Part shown: positions 1-13,844 of the stretch, piece after piece
How positions within the stretch are numbered: the first letter of the stretch is position 1
Layout: every line of letters starts with the position of its first letter
Assembly: GCA_038087875.1 (NCBI GenBank)
Contig: CM075987.1
Coordinates: forward strand, 16,494,001 to 16,558,000
DNA from: Malacoraja senta
Lineage: Eukaryota
Length of the DNA stretch: 64,000 bases
Direction of reading: 5' to 3'
The notes under the pieces: generated by a model
Told to the model about the DNA's origin: nothing
Databases searched by the model: none
What the model saw: only the letters and a program-made list of their open reading frames with translations
Made by a program: the position numbers and the translations under genes

Positions 1-1160
1 TCAGTTGAAGGTCAAATGTCCTGTGAACAAGTTCAAGTCACACATGAATAATGGCCAGCAATTGATGCAAGTAGTCATTGCTTCAGCAGGAATAACAAGC
101 ATGATCTGGGTAGAATTAAAGAGGAAACTAAATAAAAATAAAATTCTGCATAAAATATTTGAGACAAACCTATTGTTTTATGGAAGAGGTTGTACAACTC
201 AAACCTATGCACTTGCAGAAACATAGAAAAAAGCTATTTAGTCTCTCCTCACTGTTCAAATATTCATTGAGATCAATGGATGATCAGTGACCTTATAACC
301 AGACTTTCCTCATGTCTCTTTACACATCTGATTAATAAAAATCTGTTAAACTCAGATGCTAAACTTACAAATTATGTCGAGCATGAATTGACATTTGTGG
401 AACAGCGATTGAAATTTCTATTGTAAGTGTTTTCTAAAGTCACTTAGAATTTTAAACATTGACTCCAGGTCCTAATCAATATCTGGTGAAAGTATTTTTT
501 TCTCTATCAATACAATCTGCTTTGCTGAATATCCTGCTAAACTTTATCAAGTCACCACTTCTAAAATTCCAGAGAATATAACTCCTAGGTTCAGTCCCTG
601 TAATTTAATCACTGGAAGCAAGCAAGACTCTGAGAAATCTACACTCTCTCCGAGACCAATTCCTTAATAGGTTTGTAGAAACAACAAACTGTAGATGCTG
701 GTTAAGACAGAGAGCTGGAGTAGCTCAGCAAGTCAGGCAGCATCTCAGCTGAACATGGACAGGTGAAGTTTTGGGTTGGGATTCTTCATCTTCAGACTGA
801 TTGTGTGGGGGTTGGGAGGAGACAGATGGATATGAGGAGGGGCAGGACAAAGCCTGGCAGGTAAACGTCGCCTGTCCATGTTCTCGTGAGATGCTGCTAG
901 ACCTGCTGATCCAGTAGTCTGCCACTACTCTGTGCCTGTCAGTAGTCTGTTAGTACTCTGCATCTTCTTCTCCTTAATAAGCTTGGTGCCATAAGTTACT
1001 CACAATACTCCAGGCCTATTCTGACCACTGGAGCCCAAAAATAATTTCTATCTCTACCTTAGAAGACCACAATTCCATTTGCTTTTTTGATTTTGTTTCC
1101 TTATTCCTATCATGGCATTATTTCCTATAGCCACATGTCACTCCTCCCAATGGACCTACT

Positions 1161-1183
1161 CCCCCCCCCCCCCCCCCCCCCCC
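1161..1183. repeat. Poly-C tract (23 nt) within a decayed PLE-like segment
   Basis: Directly visible homopolymer. Confidence 0.9.
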
Positions 1184-1750
1184 AATGTGCCACATCCCAA
1201 CCTACTTCTCGCCCCTCCCTTCCTTCTGTATTCCCATCTGACATCATCCCTCCTTATTTGGTTCCACTCTCCACCTACCTTTCCTGTTAGATTCCAGAAT
1301 CTGCAGCCTTCATTACCTGTTCTGTTAGCATCTGTTGCCATCATCATCTGTCCATCCTCAACCCAAATCTTATCTGCCAATCAACCCCTCCACCTATTGC
1401 TTGCTAGCTGTTGTCTGACCCCTAGGGCTCTTCCACATATTTACACTGGCCATTTCCTCTCTACTTTTCAAGTCCAGGTGGAGCATCAAATCTCCATTTC
1501 CCTCCATAGGTACTGCCTGACTCACCGAGTTTCTCCAGCAGCTCACTTTTTAAAAAAAATGTAAAAAGATTTTCCACCTGAAATTATTCGACATAAGGGT
1601 GGGAAATTTTTGAATTTTAAAAGTTACACAGAAAATATTAAGAGCCTCTAAGAAGTAAAATCCCTTCTCAACAGGGGACAGAATGTTATGAATTGTGTCC
1701 CCCATTAAAACTTCATCCTTAAAAGTAAGAATCCACTTGCATCATCCTAC

Positions 1751-1807
1751 CTCCAGTTCTTTAGGGCTGACGGCACAAACTCCACTTTCACCATTCACAT
1801 AAGTTGT
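1751..1807 (-). CDS. GOLGA2: GOLGA2 exon 7
   Basis: ttctccattctccag|ACA...GAG|gtagga, 57 nt. TTYVNGESGVCAVSPKELE vs human SATCVNGEGPASSANLKDLE. Later exons lie outside the window. Confidence 0.92.
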
Positions 1808-2922
1808 CTGGAGAATGGAGAAGGAAAAAGTAATTGTACTCTATTTGACAAGTTATAAAGCTCAATGCCATCACCCAAAACAATATCAAATTGGCCACAT
1901 ACATTGCAATACTGTTTATATGACCTAACCTTGACCAGAAAGATTTTAAAATACGACTTAAGTTCACCTGATTTCCTTTAAAACTTGGGTAGGGAGAAGT
2001 AGATCGAGTGACCATCCAGTTGAGAAATTCAGGTGGTGTATTTAAGTGAAGCTCAAATTCAACTGAACATCCTAATGGATTACTGTTTTATGATCTGTTC
2101 AGATTTGTTTGCTGAAAAATGATTAGTTTATATAAAGGTCTACAAATGCTGAAATGAAAATAGAAAATTCTGAAGTAATTGGATATAATCAATTGACCAT
2201 TTTGAAAACATTAAGCTTTTTAAACAGTTGTTGAATGGCATGCTGCATAGGTTCTTTTTTTTAAAATTCCGAGAGCACAATACAAACTTCATGAGCTTTG
2301 ACTGAAAAATACACGACCAAACTGATGCCTACTAACATAGTTCAATGCATCATTAACCATTAACCAATTTTCTCACACTAAGTCAATACCTATGTGACTG
2401 GAGGGGGAGTAGTTCTCTGCCCACTCAAGTTATATTTAACAATTGATCAACACAATTTCATAGACCCACCAGTAATAATTTACCAAGCAAGGTTTCGACT
2501 GAGCAATATCAATAAGAAAGATAATTAATTCCATATTTCAAGGCACTGGATTTTCCTAATTTCAGAATGGAAAAGCAGTGCAAGAAACACATGAAGGGAT
2601 GTTTACCAGAAGTTAGAGGATACAAGAGAGCATTCAAAATAGCACCAATAACCGGAGCATTTGATGGTGTTGGGATGGAAAAGGTTGTTGCAATAAATAC
2701 AAAAACATTAAAATGTGGAAAAGTTAGAATCTAGTGGAAGGCCATAAGATAATCCAGCAGCCAATCTCTTTTTCTTCAGTTAACAAAGTGTGACTGCATT
2801 ACAGACAAGACTCAAATTTGCACAGGATAATAAAAAGAGGAAAGGTGGGATTTCATGTGTAATGCAACAATTAGATTTAATTTAAAAAAAATTAAAATTT
2901 GGCCCAATGGAATCAGCCTCAC

Positions 2923-2986
2923 CTGAGTCACCAAGCCATTTAATTGAGCAGACAGTTGCCGAAGGCTTTCTGTAGAGGAGACACCC
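2923..2986 (-). CDS. GOLGA2: GOLGA2 exon 6
   Basis: ctttatag|G GGT...CAG|gtgagg, 64 nt. GVSSTESLRQLSAQLNGLVTQ vs human FSSTESLRQLSQQLNGLVCE. Confidence 0.95.
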
Positions 2987-3923
2987 CTATAAAGCGATAA
3001 AACAAAAATGTCTGTAAAATTGAACCTCAGATTCTCGACAGTTCAGCAAATTTATTGCGAGAGCCTAGGGTGCAAAGGCTACAGGACGGACATGCAGTTA
3101 GCTGTTCCAGACTGCTAATCAATCTCAATACCCTGCATTAGAAATGGTTTATATGCAAAACCAGTTCTCATTCCGAATTTCAAGTTCTGCTGTAAGTGAG
3201 ATATGTTTGTATGAAGAGAACGATTGGCTGATTTGATATAGCTGCTAGAATGTATATCCACGGACCCAAGAAGCTCCAACCTCTCATGTTGTCTGTGTGG
3301 AGTTTGCACATTCTCCCTGGTCCCTGCGGGTACTCTGGCTTCCACCCACTTCCCCGAGACACTTGTGTCAGTGGGTCAATTGGCTGCTGAAAGTTATCCC
3401 AGGTACAGAGGGGAATAGAAGAATCTGGGAAGAGTTGAAGGGCATGTGGGGAGAATAAATACAGATTAGTGTAAGTGGGTGGTGGAAGGCCGGCACAGAC
3501 TTGTTGGGCCAGAGAACCTGTTTCCGTGTTGTTTGACACTATGACTAGACGAATGAAAATGTTCCTTTGATCTAAGCGTCAATGGCAAGCAGCTTCCATA
3601 AATCGCACAAAAAGGAGGGAAGCTTTGTTATTCAATGAGGAGATGAGGGGAGGGGATTAAGTTGCTTCTGCACTTATCAAAGGAAAATTTTAATTCTAAC
3701 TTCCAGTGATCAACATCACTACCCTTATTCTTCTATCTTTAACTTAACTAGTGCTTTATAATTCAAAATTGCTTCAGAAAAAATGTCGTCTTATTTCTGA
3801 ATGTTGTTCCCCAGGTAAGACATTTTCATTTCCTTTATTTACTGCTTTTTACTGCAAGATGAGTGCAAGAAAAACTATCTAGTTGTGAGAAATTGGTTAG
3901 TGAAACATCAAGGATGCTCCTAC

Positions 3924-3964
3924 CTGCCTTCTTCACTTTGGTCTTGTCCAGTTGGATGCAACAT
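3924..3964 (-). CDS. GOLGA2: GOLGA2 exon 5
   Basis: ttttacttgtgtag|ATG...GGC AG|gtagga, 41 nt, MLHPTGQDQSEEG(R). The phase-2 end matches the start of the next exon. Confidence 0.8.
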
Positions 3965-4816
3965 CTACACAAGTAAAAATTAAAATGTAAGTGTGTAAAG
4001 AAAAGCCACCTTTTCCCAAAAATTTATCCAAAAGGATTTTCCCCAACCAGAGGGAGACACAAGAAACCGCAGATGCTGGAAGCTTAATTTTTTTTTAAAA
4101 AAGCTGCTGGAGGAGCTCAATGAGTCAGGTAGTGCCTGTGGAGGAAAGTGTACAGACAACGTTTCAGTTCAGGACACTTCTTCAGACTGTGTCCCAACCC
4201 GAAATGTAATTTGTCCATTTCCCTTCACAGATGTTACCTGGCATGCTGAGCTTCTCCAAGAGTTTGGTTTTATTTCCCAACTAGATAACTAGCGCCGAGA
4301 CCCGGGTTTGATTCCGACTACGGGTGCTGTCTGTACTGAGTTTGTACGTTCTCCCCGTGACCTGCGTGGGTTTTCTCCGAGATCTTCGGTTTCTCCCATA
4401 CTCCAAGGACGTACAGGTTTGCAGGTTAATTGGCTTGGTAAATGTAAAAATTGTCCCTAGTGGGTGTAGGATAGTGTTAATGTGCGGGGGTGGCTGGTCA
4501 GTGGGCCGAAGGGCCCGTTTCCGCGCTGTATCTCTAAACTAATTAACTGGTGCTAGCAAGGAAGAATTTCTATTCTTCCACTGAGCTAACCAAATCTGCA
4601 TCGGAGAACACAATGAGCAGGTTTCATTCCTCATCTGCCCCTGCCTGCCAAAAGCAGGTATATGGTGTAAACAAGATTATGATGTTGTGGCTTGACTATT
4701 ATTCCCATAGCAATGAAACATCTATCTAGACATACCTAACTAGAGAAAAATAAGCTGCAAGGATTTAGTTGAACAAATTGTTCTATCATATAGGCTCTCA
4801 AGAATCAGTCTTATTA

Positions 4817-5135
4817 CATAGAAACATAGAAAATAGGTGCAGGAGTACTCCATTCGGCCCTTCGAGCCTGCACCGCCATTCAATATGATCATGGCTGATC
4901 ATCCAACTCAGTATCCTGTACCTGCCTTCTCTCCATACCCCCTCATCCCTTTAGCCACAAGGGCCACATCTAACTCCCTGTTAAATAATGCCAATGAACT
5001 GGCCTCAACTACCTTCTGTGGCAGAGAATTCCAGAGATTCACCACTCTCTGTGTGAAAAATGTTTTTCTCATCTCGGTCCTAAAAGATTTCCCCCTTATC
5101 CTTAAACTGTGACCCATTGTTCTGGACTTCCCCAT
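4817..5135 (-). mobile_element. CR1 3' fragment
   Basis: Reverse complement of the young CR1 3' end, with its tail (ACATAGAA)n. Confidence 0.9.
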
Positions 5136-5328
5136 GGCCTTCCCCATTCCCCCATTCCCCATTAAACACCATGGCCTTCTTGCACTTGCAGGATTAATTT
5201 AACAAAATCATTACATAGGTTGCATTGGAAAGATTAATCACTGAGATCAATTAACATACTTTTAAAATGTAAAGTCACACATCACAAATCCAAATGGGAA
5301 CTAAAGGAAAAGTGTACATGTTTATATA

Positions 5329-6965
5329 CAGTGCCCTCCATGTTTGGGCCAAAGACACATCATATATTTATTTGCCTCTGTACTCCACAGTTTGAGATAT
5401 GTAATAGAATAAATCACATGTGGTTAAAGTGCACATTGTCAGATTTTATTAAAGGGTATTTTTATACATGTTGGCTTCACCATGTAGAAATTACAACTGT
5501 GTTTATACATAGTCCCCTTTTTTCAGGGCACCATAATGTTTGGGACACATGGCTTCACAGGTGTTTTAATTGTTCAGGTGTGTGTAATTGCCTCCTTAAG
5601 GCAGGTATAAGAGAGCTCTCAGCACCCAGTCTTTCCATCACATTTGGAAACCTTTATTGCTGTTTATCAACATGAGGACCAAAGTTGTGCCAATGAAAGA
5701 TAAAGAAGCCATTATGAGACTGCGAAACAAGAATAAAACTGTTAGAGACATCAGCCAAACCTTAGGCTTACCAAAATCAACTGTTTGGAACATCATTATG
5801 AAGAAAAAGAGCACTTGGTGAGCTTACTAACCGCAAAGGGACTGGCAGACCAAGGAAGACCTCCACAGCTGATGACAGAAGAATTCTCTCTATAATAAAG
5901 AAAAAAAACCAAACACCTGTCCGACAGATCAGAAACACCCTTCAGGAGTCAGGTGTGGATATGTCAATGACCACTGTCTGCAGAAGACTTCATGAACAGA
6001 AATACAGAGGTAACACTGCACGATGCAAACCACTGGTTAGCCGCAAAAATAGGATGGCCAGGTTAGAGTGTGCCAAGAAGTACTTAAAAGAGTAACCACA
6101 GTCTGAAAAAAGGTCTTGTAGACAAATGAGACGAAGATTAACTTATATCAGTGATGGCAAGAGCAAAGTATGGAGGAGAGAAGGAACTGCCCAAGATCCA
6201 AAGCATAACGTTTCATCTGTGAAACATGGTGGTGGGGGTGTTATGGCCTGGACATGTATGGCTGCTGAAGGCACTGGCTCACTTATCGTCATTCATGATA
6301 CAACTAACTGCTGATGGTAGTAGCATAATGAATTCTGAAGTGTATAGATACATCCTATTCTGCTCAAGTTCAAACAAATGCCTCAAAACTCATTGGCCGG
6401 CGGTTCATTCTTCAGCAAGACAATGATCCCAAACATACTGCTAAAGTAACAAAGGAGTTTATCAAAGCTAAAAAATAGTCAATTCTTGAGTGGCCAAGTC
6501 AATCACCTGATCTGAACCCAATTGAGCATGCCTTTTATATGCTGAAGAGAAAACTGAAGGGGACTAGCTCCCAAAACAAGTATAAGCTAAAGATGGCTGC
6601 AATACAGGCCTGGCAAAGCATCACCAGAGAAGACACCCAGCAACTGGTGATGTCCACGAATCGCAGACTTCAAGCAGTCATCGCATGCAAAGGATATTCA
6701 ACAAAATACTAAACATGACTACTTTCATTTACATGACATTGCTGTGTCCCAAACATTATGGTACCTTGAAATGAGGGAACTACATATAAACACTGCTGTA
6801 ATTTCTACATGGTGAAACCAAATGTATAAAAATGGCCTTTATTAAAATCTGACAATGTGTACTTTAACCACATGTGATTTTATCTATTACAAATCTCAAA
6901 TTGTGGAGTACAGAGGCAAATATATAAATGATGGGTCTTTGCCCCAAACATTATGCAGGGCACTG
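5329..6965 (+). mobile_element. Tc1-family DNA transposon, decayed transposase (~5672-6712)
   Basis: TA|CAGTGCCC...GGGCACTG, ~200-bp terminal inverted repeats (TIRs), VKHGGG, QDNDPKH and [12 protein letters not shown] motifs, with stops and frameshifts. Confidence 0.92.
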
Positions 6966-7017
6966 TTAAGAATAATCACAAAAAACAGACCTGGGAGAGG
7001 GTTTCATTCTGTCTCAC

Positions 7018-7137
7018 ATGCGGTGTTACAATTGTTGTATTTGGCAAGCTACTCTTGGAGGCATTGATAAGAGCAATCGTAGCTTCGTTGTCCTTCTGTT
7101 TACTGCCAAGTTTATCAATGTCATTTTCCAAACAGGC
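7018..7137 (-). CDS. GOLGA2: GOLGA2 exon 4 (low-conservation linker)
   Basis: ttttatttcatcag|GCC...CAT|gtgaga, 120 nt, open, phase 0/0. Encodes ACLENDIDKLGSKQKDNEATIALINASKSSLPNTTIVTPH. Position and phase fit the mammalian exon order, but sequence similarity is weak. Confidence 0.75.
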
Positions 7138-10100
7138 CTGATGAAATAAAACAAACAGTTATTAAAATCATAAAGCCATGTACCCAATCTCTCAAAGCTG
7201 ATCTAACATGTGGGGGATGGACAAAGTGAAGAATCTTGAATTCATATTTTTCAAAGTTATTGTTTCTCAGCCAACAGTTAAGACAGCCAAGTTAGGCTTT
7301 AATAACTACATTCTTGACTGAACTAGTGATGATTGGCACACACAATTACATGATTCAATGAACATTGACCAGTTAATTAAAATAGGTAGGATTGCATGTG
7401 AATTGCCAATTAAAGCTATTTAAGCTCCTCTACAGAATGCCAAAATTGGCATTCTGGTTTCCATGCTGTATGGCTCCAGGAGTTTAGTATTTTGTTTTGA
7501 ATGAGAGTATTTGACCTGCAATTCAATTCCTGTAGGGATGGTGGAAATTGAGTTAATTGGGCAAATGAAATGGGGTACCAAACTATCTTGAAGCCCATTT
7601 GGTTGACCAATGACCTTCAGATATGGAAATGTGCTATCTTCTATTTGTCTGGCTTCCATGTGTCACTTGATCTCGAGCAAAGTGGGGAACTCTCCACTAC
7701 CTCCTCAATTCAGGACCAATTATTCTTGGACAATATATGTTGGCATTGCCAGCAGCATGCCGATCCTGTTGATGAATTAAAAAAATATTCACAGAACTTT
7801 TTGCTGCTTCATTCACTTACTTATTTTCAATATTTCTAGTGAAGAAAAAGGTTCATTTTGGCCATGTGGAATCAAACATATCAATTATCATTAACATGGA
7901 TTCTGTGCATTTGGTTGATTCCCAGGTGGAGGAGAGAAGTCTCCTGGGTTATAAATGACAGGGAAATCATTGTCCTACTACTGAACACAGAACATAGAAC
8001 AGTACAGCATACGAACAGGCCTTTTGGCAGAGAGTCTTCACGAAACATGATGCCAAGTTAAATTAATCTCCCTGCATATCCATATGCCCATCTAAAAGCC
8101 TCTTAAATGCCACTATCATATCTGTCTCCAGTCCTGGCAGTGCGTTCCAGGCACCCGTCACTCTCCAAAAAAAACCTCCATTGCACTTTGCCCCTTTCAC
8201 CTTAAACCTATGCTCTCTAATCTGACATTTTCACCCTAGAGAGAAGATTTTGACTGATAGAACTGCTTGCAATATTATTTCAAAATTTTAACATGCTGAA
8301 TAATCTTTTGAATATTGTTTAAGGGTTTAGTGAGGTCTTGACAACTTCATAAAACTAACATAAACCGAGGAACTGATGCACTTACTGGACGTTCATAGAG
8401 ATTTTCAGTTTAACTATCATGATTGTTTCACTAATAGCCTACATTTTTAGGCAATTGAGGCAAAAGAATTCGGACAGAATTTAATAACAAATGGGTATCC
8501 ATTACACTACATCACACTAATGGGTGCAGAGTACAAGTGGGACTTTATGCTCAAGGCAAGTAACATAGTAGGACCATTCAACTTTCAAATAAATTCAGGT
8601 CATTCACTTTTTGCATTGGTAACTCGAGCTAACAACGGAAAGACACAAATAAAAAAGTTATACAATTTAAAACCGGTATCAAATTATTATTTCAGGAGCA
8701 GGAAGAAAATGTTAGATCTTAGGGTGTTACCTGCTGTGGCCAGGTAGCATTCTATTAATTGACTGCTCTTTCTGAAAATCCTTTAAGGTTAGTTGCATTT
8801 CTACTTCCTTCATGATGATCCTTTTACTTGCATTCCCACTTTCATAATGAGACTTCAAAACACTAAAAAATCAGGCGATTTTTTTTCAGTGGCCATGAAA
8901 GAGAATAGTCAGTCACATGCATGTGTGTTCCATCATAATTTCTTATTGTTATTTCAGTATTTTGAGTCTATGCTGACTCACGGAGTAATCCCATTCCCCA
9001 ATAGTTTTTCCCCTCCAACTGTCCCTCTAACATTCCTATCAACTCCTCCAGATTTTACCTACTCACCCACATGCTAGGGGCAATTAACAATGACCAATTT
9101 TGCGATGTGGCAGGAAGCCGGAACACCAAGGGGAAACCCCTACTTGCAAACACCACACAGACACCACTCGAGATCAAGATCGTATGAAGGTTGCTGAATT
9201 TGGGTGACGGCACAAAGAAAACTGCTGAAATATGTTAATTCCAGTAAATATAGGTTACTCACCAGAGAAAATGTAACTATATTTTAATGTTATTCTATCA
9301 ATACCCCATCTTTATTTCACTTTTTTTTAAAACATGTTACAGTAGCACAATATTTATGTGCAGTAATGCAGCAACAAAATATACTGCACCTAACATAGGC
9401 TACTTAATATTGCGGAAACAGGCCCTTCGGCCCACTGAGTCCGCACTGACCAGTGATCCCTGCAGGTTAACACCATCCTGCACACACTAGGTACGGTTTA
9501 CACTTATACCAAGCCAATTAACCAACAAACATATCTTTGAGTGTGGGAGGAAATCAAAGATCTCAGTGAAAAAAGCACAAGGTCAAGGGGGGAACATACT
9601 AACTCCGTACAGATAGCACCCATAGTCGGGATCAAACCCGGGTCTCCAACGCTGCAAACACTGTAAGGCAGCAACTCTATGGCTGCGCCACCGTGCCGCC
9701 CATATCCCCGTAAGCCAGATACCAGATTATCCGAATTTTACTCGGATCCACCAACATTCAGATATGTTGGTGATTTGTCATCGTTCCTAATACTGCACAT
9801 CATTAATAGAATCAAGGAACTGCAGATGCAGGTTTACAAAAAAGGACAAGGTGCTGGAGTAACTCAGCCGGTCAGGACATCTGGAGAACATGGATCGGGG
9901 TGACGTTTCAAGTCGGGACACTTCTTCAGTTGGTTTTATACTAAGCTTTTGATAAGCTAAGTGCAGGAGTAAAACAGATTTTAGGCTCGTAAAACATTAG
10001 GAATTGGCCTGAGCTGTTTACTGATCAATTCCTGGTACATGGGCTTCAAATAATATCATGGAAAATTAATTGTTGAGTCAAAAATTCTGATCACACCTAG

Positions 10101-11849
10101 TTTGCATGCAAGAACGGTGAATAGAAGATTCAATAGAAATATGCATGATGGAAATTGATATCAACTTAAAAATAAAACAAGGATTTGTGGGCCATGGAAA
10201 AAGAATCAGGAAGTAGGAAGAACTGGATAATTCATTCAGAGAATCAAGGAAGTTGCAATGGGCTGAATATCCTTTTATATATAATGACACAGGTCTCATC
10301 TCATCCTTCCTCATTCACCTATTAAAATTGAACTCTGCTCCCCATCATCTTCTTTCGTTCATTTAACTAACCATTAAATGCCCTTTTAGATTTTGTTTCA
10401 ACTACTGATGAAGGTGAGGCAATCCATGTACCTCCCATTTTCTGCCGAAATAAGTTTCTACAGAATTACCCATTTGATTTCTCAATGACAATTTTAGGTT
10501 AATTGCCTTTGGTATTGCTCTTCCCACAAGCAAAACTCTTCAAAATGATAAACACGTCAACAAGGAAACATTTTTACCTTTGTTTTCAAAAAACAAAGAC
10601 CCAGTCTGTTCACTTGTTCCCAGCAGAATCAAACAGCAAAGCCTTAATTTATTTTTAAAGCAAATTACCTGCATCAACTCAACAGTTTGGGCCCATTATC
10701 ACAAACATTTATTACACGTCGCTTCCTCGGAGGTTTAACAAAACCACATGGAGCCTAGTGTTCTGCTCATCTGTGCACTTTCGATTCCATTACCAGAGGA
10801 ACTTATTTCTATCTTTTCAACGAGCTTAGCTTTCTCCACACATTTTCTACACTTCTAGGCATCTCTCCTAAAGTCTGCCCTGTCACTAATAATGTATTTT
10901 AAATCTTCAACTGCATATCATTCTTAGCTCTGCTCCAACTTAGTAATGCAACTTCTTCATAATCAAGTGGTTCCCGACTCGAGCCTTCTATTCTGCTCAA
11001 AACCTATGATGCAGCTCTGAGTCACTGCTGCTTTGCAGTGAAACTCTTTCTCCAGCCCTCCCTACCATGCTTACCAACTATACTCCTTTGAAAACTTCAA
11101 GGTTACTATTTTCTTCCTTCTACATAATCATAGTCTTACAGCGTGGAAACAGGCCCTAAAGCCCAACTTGCCCACATTGGTCAATATGTCCCATCTACAC
11201 TTGTCCCACCTGCCTGCATTTGGTCCATATCCCTCTAAACATGTCCTATCATTTCCTAACATTTTCCTCAACTATTCCCCTGTCCCCCACGGAACTCTCC
11301 AAGCCCAGATCTTTGAGTGATCCAACAAGAAGTCTAAGGATGAAGACAGATATAAAAAGCTTGAATAACTCAGCGGGTCAGGCAGCATCTCTGAATTAGT
11401 TTAGTTTAGTTTATTACCACATGTTCCGGGTACAGTGAAAAGCTTTTGGAGAAAAGGAATAGGTGATATTTCGGGTCGAGACCCTTCTTCAGACTGAGAG
11501 ATGGGAAAGGGGAACGAGAGATATAGACAGTATTTAGGACAAATGAATGTGAGATATACAAAAAGCAACAACAATCAAGGAACTGTAGAAACCACAATGG
11601 TCAATTATTGGCAGGAGGGATAGGCGATAACAGGTTACACAGACAGTGGAACTCACCAGGACGACAGTAAAACTAGTTCAACTACGGTGGGGGAGGGATG
11701 GAGAGAGAGGGGATGCAAGGGCCACTTGATGATGAGGATATTGAAAATGTATCATAAACACAACTGGAGTTGGGAGTTCTACTCACAATATAACTGTATT
11801 CCACAATTTTGATACGTTTGATAACAGTGAACTTAACAACACCTATAAA

Positions 11850-11987
11850 CAACACCAGTCTGAAGAAGGATCTCGACCCGAAACGTCACCCATTCCTTCT
11901 CTCCATAGATGCTGACTCACCCACTGAGTTACCCCAGCATTTTACGTCTACCTTCGATTTTATCCAGGGTCTGCAATTCTTTCTCAC
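11850..11987 (+). mobile_element. Short PLE terminal unit with hammerhead core
   Basis: TSD ACAACACCTATAAA (11836-11849 / 11988-12001); CTGAAGA...GAAACGTC at 11860-11887. Confidence 0.88.
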
Positions 11988-13757
11988 ACAACACCTATAA
12001 ATTCCCTGGATCTTAATGCAACCTATGTTATTTAATTCAGATTGCCTCTCTATAAATGTTTTTAGCTGTATGCCAGCACAGATTCTCTGGAAAGTACATT
12101 CTGTTCAATCGCAGCCTTGATTTTATTGACTCAGTGTTTCAGGTAATTAGCTACCATTCACAAACAGTGCCTCTTTATGCCAATATGGGCAAGATGAAAT
12201 ATAAATCAGCTTGCAGATTCAATGCCATTGCTTGGACTGTTCTAATTTCTGCACCAAGGCACGGTCTGTTCACTTAAATGTATCAACTGAAATGTTATTA
12301 CTTCAATATATTCCTAACGATAAAAATGAAAATGGACTCGGAACGAAGAAAGTGAGCAGCTGTGCATTTCAATTATTAATCAATATGTCACAAAGAAAAA
12401 TATATTATTTGTGTCCCTATTCAGTTAATCAACACTTCAAAATCAAGTAAATGTTCCCTTTCTTATTTAGTCATTCCAATTCACTATTCCTTGGTCTGCC
12501 TTATCAAACTTTAAAACAAACTGCAAGATTAAAAACTGTCAATGCTTGGTATTATTCTGTATGCTGATTGCATTAACCAAATCTCTTATTTTTCTTAGTT
12601 CTAATGGATCGCTTCCAAACTGTCTTGCTTCACAACTGAATATCCGTATGCTTTGATATAATTTTAGTAAACAAACAATATTTTCTTCTTTGGACTGCTG
12701 CCAAATTAGATTATGTTTCTGTGCAGCACTTCAGAAAAATCTCTTCATTAAATTAAACTTGTTATTCCACTGTTAGAATTTTTAAAACACACGCTGAAAG
12801 TTATTGCATTTGTAAATAATTGAAATCAGCTGAGCAAAAAGCATGAAAGAAAACCACTTAATTGGAATTAAACATTGAAACAGATAAAAGCCAACTAAAT
12901 AGTTTTAACTCCGAAAGATAACAGCACGCTGGATTCAATTATTCCATTGACAAAATTTAGACAAGGAACTAAGAGAAATATTTGGAATCCAAATGATGAA
13001 ATTACTTATACACTATGAAGCCTCTTAACTCTAAATACAAGGTGCTGCAAACGGAACATTTATATTGACACAGCGAAGATTTAAAACAATTTTCCATAGC
13101 TAACAAAAAGATAATCGGTTTAAAATCCCATGCTGCCTATTTCCCCAATCAGGAATACTTTGGGAAGCAGTTAAGCTGCTAAACTCTGAATCAGAAGGAA
13201 ACAAAGGAGGGATATTCACAGTTGACACTTAATTATGAGAAAGCCAGAAAATGGGACAATCAACCATCTTTTCGGCTGTAGGTGCCTGGATAGACACACA
13301 AAAGATTGGAGCTAAACCAAACAAAGGACAAGGAAACTGTTCTGAATGCATGCAAATCAACTTTATTATTAATTCAGTGACTCTTTGAAAGAACACACAC
13401 AAGCATGACATGCTGAATAATGACTATACCATTTGACTCTATGGATCATCCATGGCTACTTAAATCTACACTTTGAATTCAGAGTGATTTCACATATACA
13501 GAACACATCCATAGAGCAAATCAGAGAGAATTCAAGCAAGAGCAAAATCAGCTTGTAAACAAATTGTTAAAGTAACAGAACTTAGGATCGTGTTTAATAC
13601 GGCATAGAGGTAAAAGCCACAGTCATGCAAAGTAAACAGCATCATGAAAGTCGTCTCCTTCCCACATCCACTCCATCAATTCTCTACGCTTACCAAACAT
13701 TTGCATGCATCAAAGACAGCCAGGCAAAGAAATAGGTTACATCCAAAGCTACCTCAC

Positions 13758-13844
13758 CTTTAGCCTTTCCAATGAAGGCAGAGATACCCCATTGGACTTA
13801 CTGCAGTCTGCAACCAGCACCTTCAGAATGTTCTGCAGGGGCAT
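13758..13844 (-). CDS. GOLGA2: GOLGA2 exon 3 (frame-preserving cassette exon)
   Basis: Pyrimidine tract + ttcag|ATG...AAG|gtgagg, 87 nt. Encodes MPLQNILKVLVADCSKSNGVSLPSLERLK, resembling the mammalian alternative exon IQDILKVLVSDLNRSNGVALPPLDKWK. Confidence 0.88.

Noticed and set aside
1..105. Strong minus-strand acceptor (~106-108) as GOLGA2 exon 8
   Set aside because: The translation (IMLVIPAEAM...) does not resemble the expected SRYQQLAVALDS exon and ends in TGA.
7615..7765. Minus-strand exon-like segment with good acceptor between GOLGA2 exons 3 and 4
   Set aside because: Stop in the required phase, no GM130 similarity, and it resembles an old SINE/LINE tail.
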